DNA of 64,000 nt, taken from NCBI GenBank assembly GCA_021613535.1, contig CP075492.1, positions 16,616,001 to 16,680,000 of the forward strand, given 5' to 3'. Shown in pieces: positions 13,008 through 26,485 of this stretch. The stretch is from Adineta vaga. Its lineage: Eukaryota > Animalia > Rotifera. Every line of letters starts with the position of its first letter. Positions within the stretch are counted from its first letter, which is position 1. The notes beneath the pieces were generated by a model that was not told the origin of the DNA, did no database searches, and saw only the letters and a list, made by a program, of their open reading frames with translations. The translations under genes and the position numbers were made by a program.

Positions 13008-13365
13008 CTCAGACTAAGCTAAAAGGAATTTCTTTCATTCTACTTTTCTATGCTATTTGATTATACTTTGACAAAATGCCATAAAAACTAAATTTTCGGT
13101 AAGACTTGTTTTTCTTTTCGAAAACAATTATCATAAGTATTGCCGATTGAATTGTGGAGCTTTTGAAGCTGCATTTAGTGACATATTTTGCTTGCTAATA
13201 TAAAAGTATTAAGGCTTTGAAAATTGTACTGAACACTTGCTACGAAAATAAGTGATAGCAAAACAAGTTTTTACCGAGAATTCAGTTTTTATGACATTTG
13301 TCAAAGTATAATCAAATAGTATAGAAAAATAGAATGAAAGAAATGACCTTTTAATTTACTCTGAG
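13008..13365. mobile_element. MITE/foldback element with ~105-bp imperfect terminal inverted repeats
   Basis: 13008-13112 (CTCAGACTAAGCTAAAAGG-AATTTCTTTCATTCTA...TTTGATTATACTTTGACAAA) is the reverse complement of 13260-13365 (TTTGTCAAAGTATAATCAAA...TAGAATGAAAGAAAT-GACCTTTTAATTTACTCTGAG); no ORF. Confidence 0.8.
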
Positions 13366-13505
13366 GCAAATAAGACTATCGCGACATTAATTTTGGATTA
13401 CCCTAGGTAGTAATCAATTTTGATTGAAACGGAGAAAAAACTAATTTAAATTATTTAAAAAAAAATGACTTCATCAGAGAAATTATTGTAAGAAATCAAG
13501 TAAGA

Positions 13506-13558
13506 AAGGGTGTGGGTGAAGAAAAACACTTTTATCCTTACCCTATGGGCACATCCTT
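13506..13558. repeat. Telomere-like inverted repeat, copy h5
   Basis: AAGGGTGTGGGTGA...CCTTACCCTATGGGCACATCCTT. Confidence 0.75.
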
Positions 13559-13657
13559 GAAACATGCATACATAACTGTATTACTGTTTATTTTAAAAAT
13601 AATTATATTTCCGAGAAAAGACAATCCTTTTTTTTTGTTATCAAAAGAAAGTTATGA

Positions 13658-16600
13658 TCATGAAAAGAAAAGATTTTCCTGAGATACATTTGGTAAATTA
13701 TCATTAGTAGTGATGACACTGCTGTAATGGTTTCCATCATACCAAACATGTAACTGATTAGTAATATCATCAGAACCAGGAATTAACCAAGGTTGTTTGC
13801 CTTTTTCATGAATAATTATATTTTGATTTAAAACAGCTGCCGTACTAAGAATTATGGGATGATCAGCATAAGTTCCATTTTCTGTCATACGTTCAATATA
13901 ATCATCTACTGTTGGACCTATATCTTCATGAATGAATGGTGCGAAATAACGTCTATTTCTCATAAGATAATTTATTGCTTCAGAGCGGATATTTAAATGA
14001 TCATAACGTCTATTCAATTGATGAGAAATTGCACGAAAAAAACAGTTACCATCGCCTTGTATTTCAAACATTTTACAACCGATACCATTAAGTTGTTGGC
14101 GTATATCAGCTGACTCTAACTCATTCATTTTACGTTTTTCTTCGATTTCTTTCCAGTTTCGAAGGAGATATTCTTGTTCTCTATTTAAACCACGATTATT
14201 ATTAGTCGTTATCGGTGGAAAGTTCTGAGCGGTGTTAAACAAAATCGAATCTTGAATATTGTCGAATGATACTGAAGAACTGTCAGAAACTTCTTCACCA
14301 ATTTCTGAAGGCTGCTGGGTGACTTGTTCCTCGTCGTCAGAGGGTTTGGGTTCACGCTGATCAATCTCTGGTAAATCTAAACATTCATACGAAAAGAACA
14401 TTGATAGTTTGTAAAATATCACAAATATGAGCACTAGACAGTCAACGTCGAAATGTTCAGCTTAAACTCATATCAGAAATCTACCTTACCTATCCGTTCA
14501 TATTTTTTATGATATTCTTCATACACAAAATGCAAATACGCTAAATTTGCCCGATCTAAATTGACAATATTCTTCAATAAATTTACAAAAATTATTTCAT
14601 GAAATACCAATGTTTTCCAATGGATACTGAAAAAGACAATAATCAATACGATTTATGAATATGATATTGAATATTAAACCCATAATTAAACGAAAAAATG
14701 ATGATGCAATACCAATAAAACAATCTAAGAACAATTTACGTTAAATCTTACTTTCATATAGAAATGTCTTACTAGCAACTAGAATAAAATATTGTATAAC
14801 ATTAGCCAATTTATTCTTAAGATTATTGTTTCTGCCATGAGCAAGATCAATGAATCGACTACTGGATTTTGCCATAAGTGATTGTAATAGATATAGAATC
14901 AATATAGGCACGATGAGCTCTAATATCCATTTGAAAGAATGAGAAAAAAGCCAAATCATATGAAGTAAAATAGTAATAAGAATTATTAGATGAAACGTAA
15001 TAACAAAACCTCCAATTGTATATCGAATCAGATAACCAGGATACTGAGTCGATCTCGAACGCATTTGTTTTTCTTTTACTTTTTTTGCCATTTCTTTGCT
15101 TATTTCATCATCTTCTTTGTGATAGTTTTTAATATCTTCTCGATAAATTTTCATGCCAAAACATAATTGAATGGCATAGATCAATGCTGTTGCAACAATA
15201 CTAATACAAATCTCGCTATGAAATAAATTATCTCTAACATCTAAAGGAAAAATAGTTGAAATTTCCGATCAATGTATTTGCAAAACTAACCAATATTAAA
15301 CAATTGTTCAAGAATATTTATTATAAACAATATTGGACTCATCATTCTTGTTGTATATAGAAAGGTAAATGTACATGATAAATGATATAAAATGATAAAA
15401 TTGACTGTATATATAGAGATAACCATTGAAGTAAATGAGAAATCATCATCCCATTTATAAATTCTATCAAGAAATGATTGATTATCAATTGTTGATCGTG
15501 ATACTTGTATCGGTTTTGGATGAGACTGTTTCTCTATTTAAAAACGAAGAAAATTTCAATAATTTATAGAACAAATCTCAAATACTGACCGTAATCTTTT
15601 GGTTTTTTACCACATAAAGTAAATATAAGACGCATACCAAATTCTGCACCACTGTATGAAAGTAAAAACAAATGTGGTAAATTTGCAATTAATCCATAAG
15701 TAATAAACCGAGTACCAAGTTTCTAAAAGAAAAATTCCTTTGATTAGTAACGTTTGTTTTCTTGAATACGAAATCTATTACAATACGAAGTTGAATTTCA
15801 TCTTTCGCTGAAAAATTCTCAGAATGTGGTAAAAAATCAAGACAAAAACTTTGTCGAATAATTGTATATATTATGATGCCAATTATATAAATGAAAGTTA
15901 AAAATTGAGGTATAACATGTTGTAAACGTAATGAAAACAAGATTGGATAGTATCGGAATCTAAAATAATAAAAAATATAATCAATAAATTAATCGAAGAA
16001 TATTAATAGAGCCCAATAAGCATTGTAATCAATATTCGCTTGAGAAGTATAATTATTATTCCATCATTTGATGTTCCACTGATGGCAAGTAGAATTTCAT
16101 CAAAAAATATTAATATTTCAGATGTAAGAATACCAAAAATGGCAGCTATTTTATATCGATTAGTTTTATCAATTGGATTGGCAAGTGATGAAAGTCCTAT
16201 GATGTATTAATAAATCATTTTCTTATAATTTTTTTTCTTAAATACCAGATGCGGGTCTTTTCACCTTCAACGGAGTTAATGTTTCCGAAAGGGGAATATT
16301 TTCACCAGATGACTGAACTGTCTCATTACGGGATTGCTCCGTTAATAGAGGATCAGCCTCAGGGTTGTTACACTCTGTATTGGATGACGGACGACTCATC
16401 GATTGATGTTGTTTCGATGGCAAATTTTTAGGTGAGGAATGATTTTCTGTCGATTTTCGTTCACATACCAAGAAAACGACGGTAAAAATAATTGAAATAA
16501 TCAAGAAAATAAGATCGTTCCGTGGAAGTAAAGATTTACGTTCACATTTTTGAAACATTGATAACGCTTTGTCAATCAATGAATGAAGTTTTAATGAATC

Positions 16601-18055
16601 AATATCATGAGTAGGAAACGATTGATATTGAAAAGCAGCTGGAATTATAAGAAGTGGAAAGAAAAAAGTAAGAAACAAAATAATAACTCCAATTGAACGC
16701 TTTCTTCGTAATTTACTACAAACAAATCGATTTCTCATAGCTAGTTTTTGTATTGATTAAAGACTTACTCTTCCGGTGTTTTTTTATCATTTTTTTCATT
16801 TTTCTCAGTTGTTTGTGATTTACAACATCTAAACAAAGTAGAACAAGCACCACTGGGAAAGTGTAACATCTCGCGAGAAACTTTGGGATATAACTGAAAG
16901 AATGAAAGAATAATAATAAGAATTCCACCAATGATCATTTGTATCGCTTTCTGTGCCACTGTCAATCGATTAAATAAGCAATTTTTATGATATAAAAAGA
17001 GAAAAATCTATCGTACCTTTTTCACACAAAACACCATCGTACAGTGCTGAACAAGAACATTTGAAACCTTGAACAATATTACGACATTCACCATGTTTTC
17101 CACATATTACATTACCAAAACAAAAGTCAAGTACTAAATGTTAACAATAATTCTTTACTATTCGATTTTACAATACTGAAAACAACAAACCATATTGACA
17201 AACATATTCATAAGTTGAATTGAGATCAATATCATTCAATGAACAAATCAATTTATTCGAGATTTTATAAGTTGAAAATAAAAACACATGCGAATTATTA
17301 TTCAAAACATTCCATGCGAATTGATGACAAAGACCACGAATGTTATTGAATCGTTCGAAAATATCTTTTTCATTATCAGATGAATAAATATCTATGTTTT
17401 CTTCACTTTCATTTTTACCAACTCTATTCATGAGCTCGAATGACTTTCTTTCAGATGTAAATTTTACTCACGCTTCATACAACTTGTCTTCCATTATTTG
17501 CCATTCGTTATGTTCATTTGTGAGCATTGAATCAACAAATATCTTACCTAGAAATTTATACGAAAGTCGATAATATTTCATAGTAGTAATCTACTTATAC
17601 TTTTCAATAGTTGTGGATCAGTTTCAATCAATAATTCTGTTAGATTATACGTCATATATAAATGAGCAGCATAAGATAATTCAGCGACATGTCGAATACG
17701 CATCACGTGTGTATTATTACCATAAAGACGATAACATGTTCGATTGGCTTTATCAGCTATTGTGATCATAATTGAAGGATAATAACATGAACCACCAAAT
17801 TGTTTCCATCCTTTCAAACATCGAAATCGACTAACTACACGATCATTAGCATTTAGTTTTCATCTTTGTAAGTAACTTACCGATTTGTTGAGTTCGATTG
17901 AAGAATGATGGAAGCTTTTTAGCTTGTGAAAATATATCAACAAGATTCACATTTAAACTTTCAAGCACTGGAGCACCTTGATATTCGCTGACAACCAAAT
18001 ATGTGATGATAAGAAAGACAGATAAAAACAGATGAGACACATTTCGTTCAGCCAT
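13658..18055 (-). CDS. Multi-exon membrane protein: C-type lectin-like + EGF + STRA6-like TM region + OTU deubiquitinase; in-frame TGA at 17468-17470
   Basis: Manual exon joining gives an N-terminal hydrophobic segment, CLKGWKQFGGSCYY, an EGF (CFGNVICGKHGECRNIVQGFKCSCSALYDGVLC), STRA6-like motifs (NRYKIAAIFGIL, GFRYYPIL, YKWDDDFSF, LDRANLAY) and a last exon with DGNCFFRA...GNHYSS joined in frame. Confidence 0.7.
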
Positions 18056-18496
18056 TTTATTAAATATCGCGACAATTTGATTGAAACACAAATTGATTAT
18101 TGATACAAATGATAAAAATAAAGTAATTTCTATAATTATTTGTGAAATATCGTAATTCCCTTTTTTTTTAAATTTAGTTTTACTCGATGAAAAAAACTTT
18201 AAAAAAAAACACTTCAATGTCGATCGTATTTTTCTCGTTCTGTCATAGTTTCGATGGATATTTACTTATGAAGCACAAAAAGAAAGAGCGCAAAGAAAAA
18301 CCGTCTGAGTGTCTGATGGTGTAAAAAGATATTTATTTTAGACGTCAATATTGCTGTATTGTGTGATATGTGACAAATGTCGTTGACATGTGTGGAAATT
18401 ATAGGATTGATTTTTAATATGCGTTTTACTATGCAGAACTTGTATATGATGAGCAATGAAAAGAAATCAAAAATGCATGTATGGGACAAGCTGGCA

Positions 18497-18559
18497 CTTG
18501 ACGGTGGGTGTGGGTGACGGTGAGACTATATTCTCTTGACTTTCATCCACACCCTCAAG
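18497..18559. repeat. Telomere-like inverted repeat, copy h6
   Basis: CTTGACGGTGGGTGTGGGTGA...TCATCCACACCCTCAAG(ATG). Confidence 0.85.
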
Positions 18560-19185
18560 ATGATCTTTTTAAATCTGTTCCTGACATAACGGTTGCTGAT
18601 TAGAGTAGTTGTTGTCACTGTTCTATTCTTTGTTGATAAACAAACATTCAATATCATTATTGAAAGTTATTGTTGTATGACTTTACTAACTTCTATTACT
18701 CGTCACACCCTGTTTCAAACCTGACTTTTTCATAAATTATTTCTCTTTTCAGACTTTTCATTGAAGACGTAGGAAATACATTTGTTATTCTCTTCACTGT
18801 AAAATAATTTCTATTCTAAAGCAAATATTCGTATTTGTACTTTTACAGTTTAATCAAGATTAAATTTAACTTGTTATCTGAATTTCTAAAGTAAATTACA
18901 TAACAATGATGAAATCTGACGGTGTTCAATACATTGTCTTTAAACAGTATAGAATGCTTTTTCCAGGAAAAAAGTGCTATTAACTATATTAAATATCACG
19001 CACTGTCAACAAAATATAACTGAAAGTAATTCAAACATTGTTATTCATTCGAGAAGTTTCCATGAGCCACCTCCACCTCAACTTCTTCTATATAAATGTT
19101 GTATTACTAATAGTAATTCTATCATATACAATAATTGATGAACAAGACTGTTATCAGTTGAAGATATTTTAGATATTTTTGTATA

Positions 19186-22100
19186 ATGGGATCATTATGT
19201 TTTCGAATGCGAGATGGTTTGATCAATTTAAATCTTTTTGAAAGTGGATTAACCGAAGCGAAAATTCTTCGACAAGAACGTTGGTCAACTCGTATTTATC
19301 TCGTTTTACTTATTATAGCTATTGTAATATTAGTTATTTATACGGCTTTTCAAATAGAAACAATTCATGTTACTATCAAATCACCTTCAATAGAAACATT
19401 TGAAAAACTTCAAATGAATTATGCAAATGTATTAAAATGTCCTTGTTCACAAATTGCTGTTAAATATGAACGTTTTACTCATATGCAACCGATCTATCAT
19501 CAGGTAATAAGGATCATATAGTAACAATTTAAAAAAAATCATTTAATAGGTATGTTCAAGTGTATTTATCAATGATGATTGGATTTCATCGACATTTCCA
19601 ACTGATATATTTAATTTATGGCCAATGGATGTTCGAAGAATTCTTAGTGCTCATGCACAATTTCTTCGGTCATTTTGTAAAAATGCTCAAAAAGGAATTG
19701 ATTATGCATTATCCAGTGTTCTTTCTGCATCATTAGTTAGTGCAGAAATTCTTTCTCGAGCTTTAGTACAATTACAAGTTAATATTCAATATGACTCTGT
19801 ACGATCAGCAGGTCAATGGCATTTATCTGTTTTAGTTAGTTCTCTTCGTCTTGTCATGACAGGTAGTCGTCTAATGAATGGTCTTAGTACAAATAGTTAT
19901 TTAACGATAACATCCAATGATTCTTTAACAGCAAATATTGGTATTAATATTTATCAATTAAATAGTTCGACAAGTCCTTGTTATTGTGTAACAATGGATA
20001 ATTGTGCAATGCCAGGTGCAATATATACAATTCCACGATTCCCAACATTTGGTTATTATAATTTAGAAAATCTTACAAATTATTCCATTCCAATTCAAGG
20101 TATTCAATCAGGTTGTTATCCTTTAGAAGGTGTTCTTAGTTCAACATTAGAATGTTATTATAATTTAACTTGTATTAAACTTCTTATATCAACTAATCAA
20201 TCATTTCAACCTTTATCAACAATATTACCAACTCGTTTTCTTCAATCAACAACTATTGAAACTCTTCTCAATGAATTACTCGTAGAAGAATGGTTAGTAA
20301 ATAGTTCTTATGAGAAGTATTTTAGTGAATGTGCTCCATTAACATGTGAATATTCATATAATCAACGAAATAATTTCTTAATTATTTTAACAACAATTAT
20401 TGCTTTAATTGGTGGTTTAAATACTGCATTAAGAATATTTATTCCGTCAATAATTCGACTAATTGATCAATTAATTGTACGAAATCAAGTTTCTCATCAA
20501 CGTCCTGTTGTTATTTGTTATGAAGAAACATCAAAAATGACTAAAATAAAAAAGAAATTTCTTTGGTTATGGTTAAAAATAAAAATGATTAATTTATTTG
20601 ATTCAGAATCAAATGATATTACAAAACAAAAATATGAACGTCATACAACTCGTTTATATATTTTCATAATTATAATTGCTTTCATAGCACTTCTTTGTTA
20701 TACTGTTATTACGGAAGAAACAATTGTTTATACAATTCGAAATCCATCGTTAGAAACTTATGAAAAACTTTATCAAATATATTCAAATACACTTCAATGT
20801 ATTTGTACTAAAATATCAATACCATATTCAAAAATTATTACTGTTCAAGCAAGTTATCATCAAGTATGTACAAGTTTATTTGTTGATCCAACATTTTTTT
20901 CACAATTAGCATATATAAGAAATGATATGTCTTATTATTCAGCTGATTTTATATTATTAAGTATTGAATATTTTCAATGGTTAACAACATTTTGTCGACT
21001 TTCTCAACTTGTTTTCTATAATCAATTATTAGCATTTCAAACAGATCTTTTTATTAATAATAAACTTCTTACTCGTGATACATTCGAAATTCAAGCAACA
21101 CAATTAGCTGATTTCTTTATAAATGATGTTCAACTTTATTTCGCTCGTGGTATTAAACAAATGCGTGAAATGTTCGGTATAACTCAACTTATATCAGCAA
21201 CATCAACTCTAACATATAAATTACCCATTAGACAAACAATATCTGGTAGTCAAATACAAGTTTTACCTCTTCAATTATTTTCAAATTGTTCATGTTTATC
21301 TAATCCAACATCATGTTCAGATAATGCAGCTTTCTATATATATAATTCACTAACTCAATCATTTGATATAGATTTTAAAATTGAAGGTATATATATTGCA
21401 TGTAGTTCAATGGAAACACTTTTTCAATCGAATCTTGCTTGTTGGTATTCATCAGATTGTTATCAAACGGTATGAAATTTAGAGAAAAAATGTAATAATA
21501 GAATTTATTTTTAGGTTATTAAATATTGGCAAAATCGAACTTATTCTCTTTCTGGATTACCAACTTTACTTAATAATTCAACACCTAGTCGATTTGAATC
21601 TTCAACATCATTATCAACTATTATTGAACATTTAATGGTTGATAATTGGTCGAAAAATATTTCATTTAATTCATATTATACAGAATGTATTCCTCAATAT
21701 TGTACGTATTCAATTACTCAACGAAGAAATATTCTTATCGTTATTACTATTTTAATTGGCCTTTTTGGTGGTTTAAATATTGTATTAAAACTAAGTATTC
21801 CATTAATAGTTCAATTAGGAAGTTGGTTTATTACACATCGGAAAGGTTAATATCAAAATAAAAGTCGTTTTTCTATTCACCCACATCCTCAATCCGACAG
21901 GAATTGTGCTAATAGCTTTTGATTTTTATATAGGATGTTTCAATCTATTTCGTTATAATATACGAGAATTACCTTCTAAATTTGTTCATTTAAATTTATT
22001 TTATCGTGAACAAAAATCATCTGAATTAACTCTTAAAAAAGAGTATCATTCTACACGATTATATATCATACTTTTATTCTTATCTATGTTAACATTACTT

Positions 22101-23207
22101 TTTTATAATACATTCATTCAATCAACAACAACAATAACAATTTTAAATCCAACACAATCTATTTATGAAGAATTTTTACAAAGAAAAGCTATATCATCAT
22201 TACAATGTCCATGTACTCATGTATCAATATCATATGGAACATTTCTTCAAGTAAATACAACATTACATGAAATATGTTCAAGTTCATTTATTGAACAAAA
22301 ATGGATTGAAAGTATATCGGCAAATGGTGATTGGACGAATTTAAGTCTAATTGATTTTTATGGACGTGGTGTACTTTATTTTCAAGGTCTTCAATCATTA
22401 TGTTCTTTCTTTCAAGAAAACATTACACATTATGTATCAGATTTTCTTTCTAGTACTTTGATTAGTGCACAAGTTTTATCTGAAATACAATTAATGACAC
22501 ACATTAATGATACAATTGAATATATAATAAGCTCAAGTAAATCAGATAAAAGATTTTTTTTTGGATTTGCAAAAGAATTAATGAATAGTAATCAATTAAT
22601 GACGATTTTTTCATCAAATTGGATTTATTCATCGATTAAATTTGATCCGAATTTAAATGGATTAGGAATTCCTTTACAACCTATTTCACATGGAAATTGT
22701 TCATGTTCTATATCGTCAAATTGTACTGAACCAGTTACTCATAATGGAGAAATAATTCCTGGTTTTGCTGTAGGTTGTGCACCTATTAATTCTCTTTTTC
22801 AATCATCTCTTATTTGTCTTTATAATCAAACATGTTTAAATCAAATTAATATTAATCAAATACCAATTACACCATTAATTGCACCTTTAAATAATAAATA
22901 TTCAATAAATCGAACAGTATCACAATTAGTTGATAATGTTTTTGATAAACAATGGTCAGTAGATACAAGTTATACTCACTATTTTAAACAATGTCAACCA
23001 GCAAGCTGTTCATATTCGTTCAATCCACGTAAAAATTTCTTGGAGATTATTGTCATTCTTCTAGGACTTTACGGAGGTTTAACAGTGGCTTTAAAAATAC
23101 TTTCACCGTATATTATTGCTTTTTTTCATTGGATCTTTTTTCGATATAAACAAGTCAATAATAATAACAACAACAACGTTCATCCAATGGATCATACTCG
23201 ATATTAA
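19186..23207 (+). CDS. Multi-exon membrane protein of three tandem 2-TM Cys-rich modules
   Basis: Exons about 19186-19503, 19550-21469, 21515-21845, 21934-23207 with GT-AG introns. Each module: NLF..TR(L/I)Y-TM, CxC..I...Y, (HQ/HE)xCxS, W....S(Y/F)..Y...C.P..C.YS, then TM with GGL. Confidence 0.8.
21877..21892. repeat. Half-site of the telomere-like repeat inside an intron
   Basis: TCACCCACATCCTCAA, one mismatch to the consensus right arm, within intron 21846-21933. Confidence 0.6.
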
Positions 23208-23272
23208 ACATAATTATTTTTCATGTTGTAACTTTGTTGTATGTACATACATTCGTTTTCTATACAATAAAC

Positions 23273-23308
23273 GTGGGTGACCGTCTTCGTCCTACAACCA
23301 CCCTCAAG
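23273..23308. repeat. Telomere-like inverted repeat, copy h7
   Basis: GTGGGTGA...CCTACAACCACCCTCAAG(ATG), directly after an AATAAA. Confidence 0.7.
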
Positions 23309-23910
23309 ATGGTCTCTATCGTCCAGAACTCTGTTTTTCTCACGATCAATTTTATACAGGATGTTCAAGAGCGACGAAATCTAATTGCTTAAAGATTCAA
23401 GTCAAAGACACTCCTAGACAGGGTAAAATGAATAATCAAACAACTGTAACAGATAATATTGTTTATCAGGAAATTTTTTCATGAATTTCACATAATTAGT
23501 TTTATCAGTTCATTATCTTAGTAATATTTTTAGTATTTGATCTTTTTGATATTTAATAAATCAAAATACTAATTTAAGACTTTCAGTGAGTCAAATTTTC
23601 CGCTAATGCCAAAGTCGAACTATACACAGGGGTCTCTAGCTAATATAAAACTAAATTCTCAACTGAAAACAAGTATTTCCTCTTCATTAATTATATTTTC
23701 AATAAAAAAAAACAAAGTAACATCTGTTCTTTTTATTCTATTCTTCATTATACTTAGTATTATACAAAAAAGAACAATAGTAAATTATACCATATAAATA
23801 TCAACATATGTCTTTAGAATTAGATTTTAAACATCCTGCAGAAAAAAAAGAACTTTTTCTTCTTTATAGATCTGATATTTTAGAATTATTCTAAATGTGT
23901 TTTAGTTATT

Positions 23911-25445
23911 ATGAATAAAATACAAGTTGTTCAAGTAAATTTTTTATGAAGACAACAACTAACTTTGAGTATTTTTTCATCATTTTAGTTTCAATCAAGT
24001 GAATCAAACCCATTAGAAACATCGACTTCTCACTTAAGAATATTGTATGAATTGATATAATTTCATACTTTATCTTTTCTTTTACTCTGTAGATGTGAAT
24101 ATGTTCGAAGGAACCTGATAAAGATTTTGTTAATTACAATTATTTCTGTATTAATCTTAGTTATAAGTGTTATTCTAACGGTTATTGTAGCAAAAAAACA
24201 ATCCGATATACTTATAACACCAACAAGAATAACTACCAGTACAACAACAACAACAACAACAACAACGACAATAACAACAACGACAATAATAACAACGGCA
24301 ACAACAAAAGGTAAAGTTCTGTGGGAAATATAAGATCAAGTAGATCTTTAGTGATAATCATATCTTTACATACAGTATACATTAAAACTAATTGACATGA
24401 TTCAAGATTCATAGTTTGTACTTATATATGTATTTACTTAGAACGAATAAAGTCTAACACATCACATATACTACGAAGTTGTCATACGGCAACATTGCTC
24501 ACAAATAGTCATATATTAGTTACAGGTGGACAATATCCGGGTTTAGTTTTCTTTGAATGTGAATTATATGATCCATTAACAGATCAATGGACAATCGTTG
24601 CTAACATGTCTGTTGAAAGAGAATATCATACTGCATCTATGTTAAAGAATGGATTAGTTTTAATCATTGGTGGACGAAGTTATTTGGATGTATACCACGC
24701 TAGTGCTGAATTATACAATACATCGACGAACAAATGGATAACTACAGGAAATATGAAATATCCACGAGCTCAACACACAGCTACTCTATTGCATGATGGA
24801 GAAGTATTAGTGACTGGTGGAAGAAATAATCATGATTATACGCTAAGAACTGCTGAGTTATATGATCCAATAACAGGTACTTGGAGTCTGGTAGAAGAGA
24901 TGCACTTTGTACGTTCAAGTCATACAGCATCTCTATTATCAGATGGAAAGGTGTTAGTGGCTGGTGGAAATTGTCTTGTATGCCAAGATTCGATTTCAAG
25001 CGATAGTGAATTATATAACCCAATAACAAATAAATGGTCAATAACAGGGTACATGAAGAATGCACGAAGGTATCATACAGCAACTGTATTAATGAATGGA
25101 AGAGTTTTAGTTACTGGTGGTTTAAATAACTCGCTAAATGAATTAGACACTGCTGAATTGTATGATCCATTAACAAATCAATGGACATTCACTGGTAAGA
25201 TGAATATTCCAAGAAGCAGTCATACTGCATCTCTATTTTTAAATGGAACAGTCTTGATTAATGGTGGATTTAATGGAGGTATATTAGATAGTACTGAAAT
25301 ATATGATCCATTAACTGGTATTTGGTCAATTGCTCGCAAGATGAAATTACCACGTGTCGATCATACAACATCGATATTAATGAATGGAAGTGTGCTAGTC
25401 ATTGGTGGAACAGCTTCCAAATACGACACTATAGAAATCTATTAA
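23911..25445 (+). CDS. Type II membrane protein with Thr-rich stalk and Kelch beta-propeller
   Basis: Small 5' exons from ATG 23911, TM and poly-Thr exon (~24093-24310), last exon from ~24442 with about seven R..HTA(T/S)LL..G.VLV.GG...E(L/I)YDP.T..W repeats. Confidence 0.8.
24241..24307 (+). repeat. (ACA)n coding microsatellite (poly-Thr stalk)
   Basis: ACAACAACA... run inside the Kelch gene exon. Confidence 0.9.
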
Positions 25446-26485
25446 TTATTGATAACATCGAACTATCATAATCGATAAGCAATGGAAATCAAATTGTCTG
25501 TTTTTCTACTTAAATCGATGCCATTGGTGTCTTAACGATAAAGGTGATCGATCAATTGATAAGAAAAGTTAATAAAAATTAATTCTGAATATTTCATGAA
25601 AATATTTTGATTCTTAATTTAAAAGGATATCATAATTTGTTCTTATACAATCGAATCTAGTTCACTTTGTATTTGACATGTAAACAAGAATTAAATTTTA
25701 TAAAATTATAGGTCATCACGAAATAAAATAAGATAAAACAACGCGTTTTACATTTAACCAGTAAAATTGCCACTAGCGTAAGTTTGTAAATGAACGGATA
25801 TAATATAATATTAAATTTTATAAACTAACTCGTAATAATGAAGTAAAGAGTATAACGCAGTAAAACGTATTTTATAGATCATGAACCGAAATGGTTAAAA
25901 GTTCGTTTGAAAGATCTTCGAAATGAGTTGCTGATCTATAGTTGCATAAGAAAGAAAATCATGAAAAGATAGAGATTACAAAATTCTCGTATTACGGACG
26001 AGAAAATTATTATGCATGCCATCGCAAAATGTTCAATCAAAATTCAATGTATATAGAAATATAAATGTTTTCAATCGATCAGTAAATATGTGAATGAATA
26101 AAAGATAAATGAATACATCCACAACCTAATTAACAATAAAATATGACATTTTATCGTCGTTTCAATTATAATGGTGTTAATATTTATATAGAAAAAAAAG
26201 AACAACAAAAAAAACAACTGATAATTCATTTTTGTGTTCTCTGTTCTGATTTTTCTACTAACGGTTGGAAGAGACAGTCATTATTTATCGATATTAACTG
26301 TAAAAACTCTAACATAACGGAATAAAAGCATATGTGAAGAAACAGTATTTTTACAATTGATTCTGTATCGTTTGAATTGTAATAAAAAAGCACTTATCTC
26401 GTATTTTATCATACTCTCTTTATTCTTCAACGTCACTTACACATTTTTCTTTCTTTTTTTGTTTTCATTAGATTGAAAAGTTTTT

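Noticed and set aside
19066-19082. GCCACCTCCACCTCAA, and CATCCACAACCT near 26116, as further hairpin half-sites
   Set aside because: Too degenerate, with no partner arm; could be chance.
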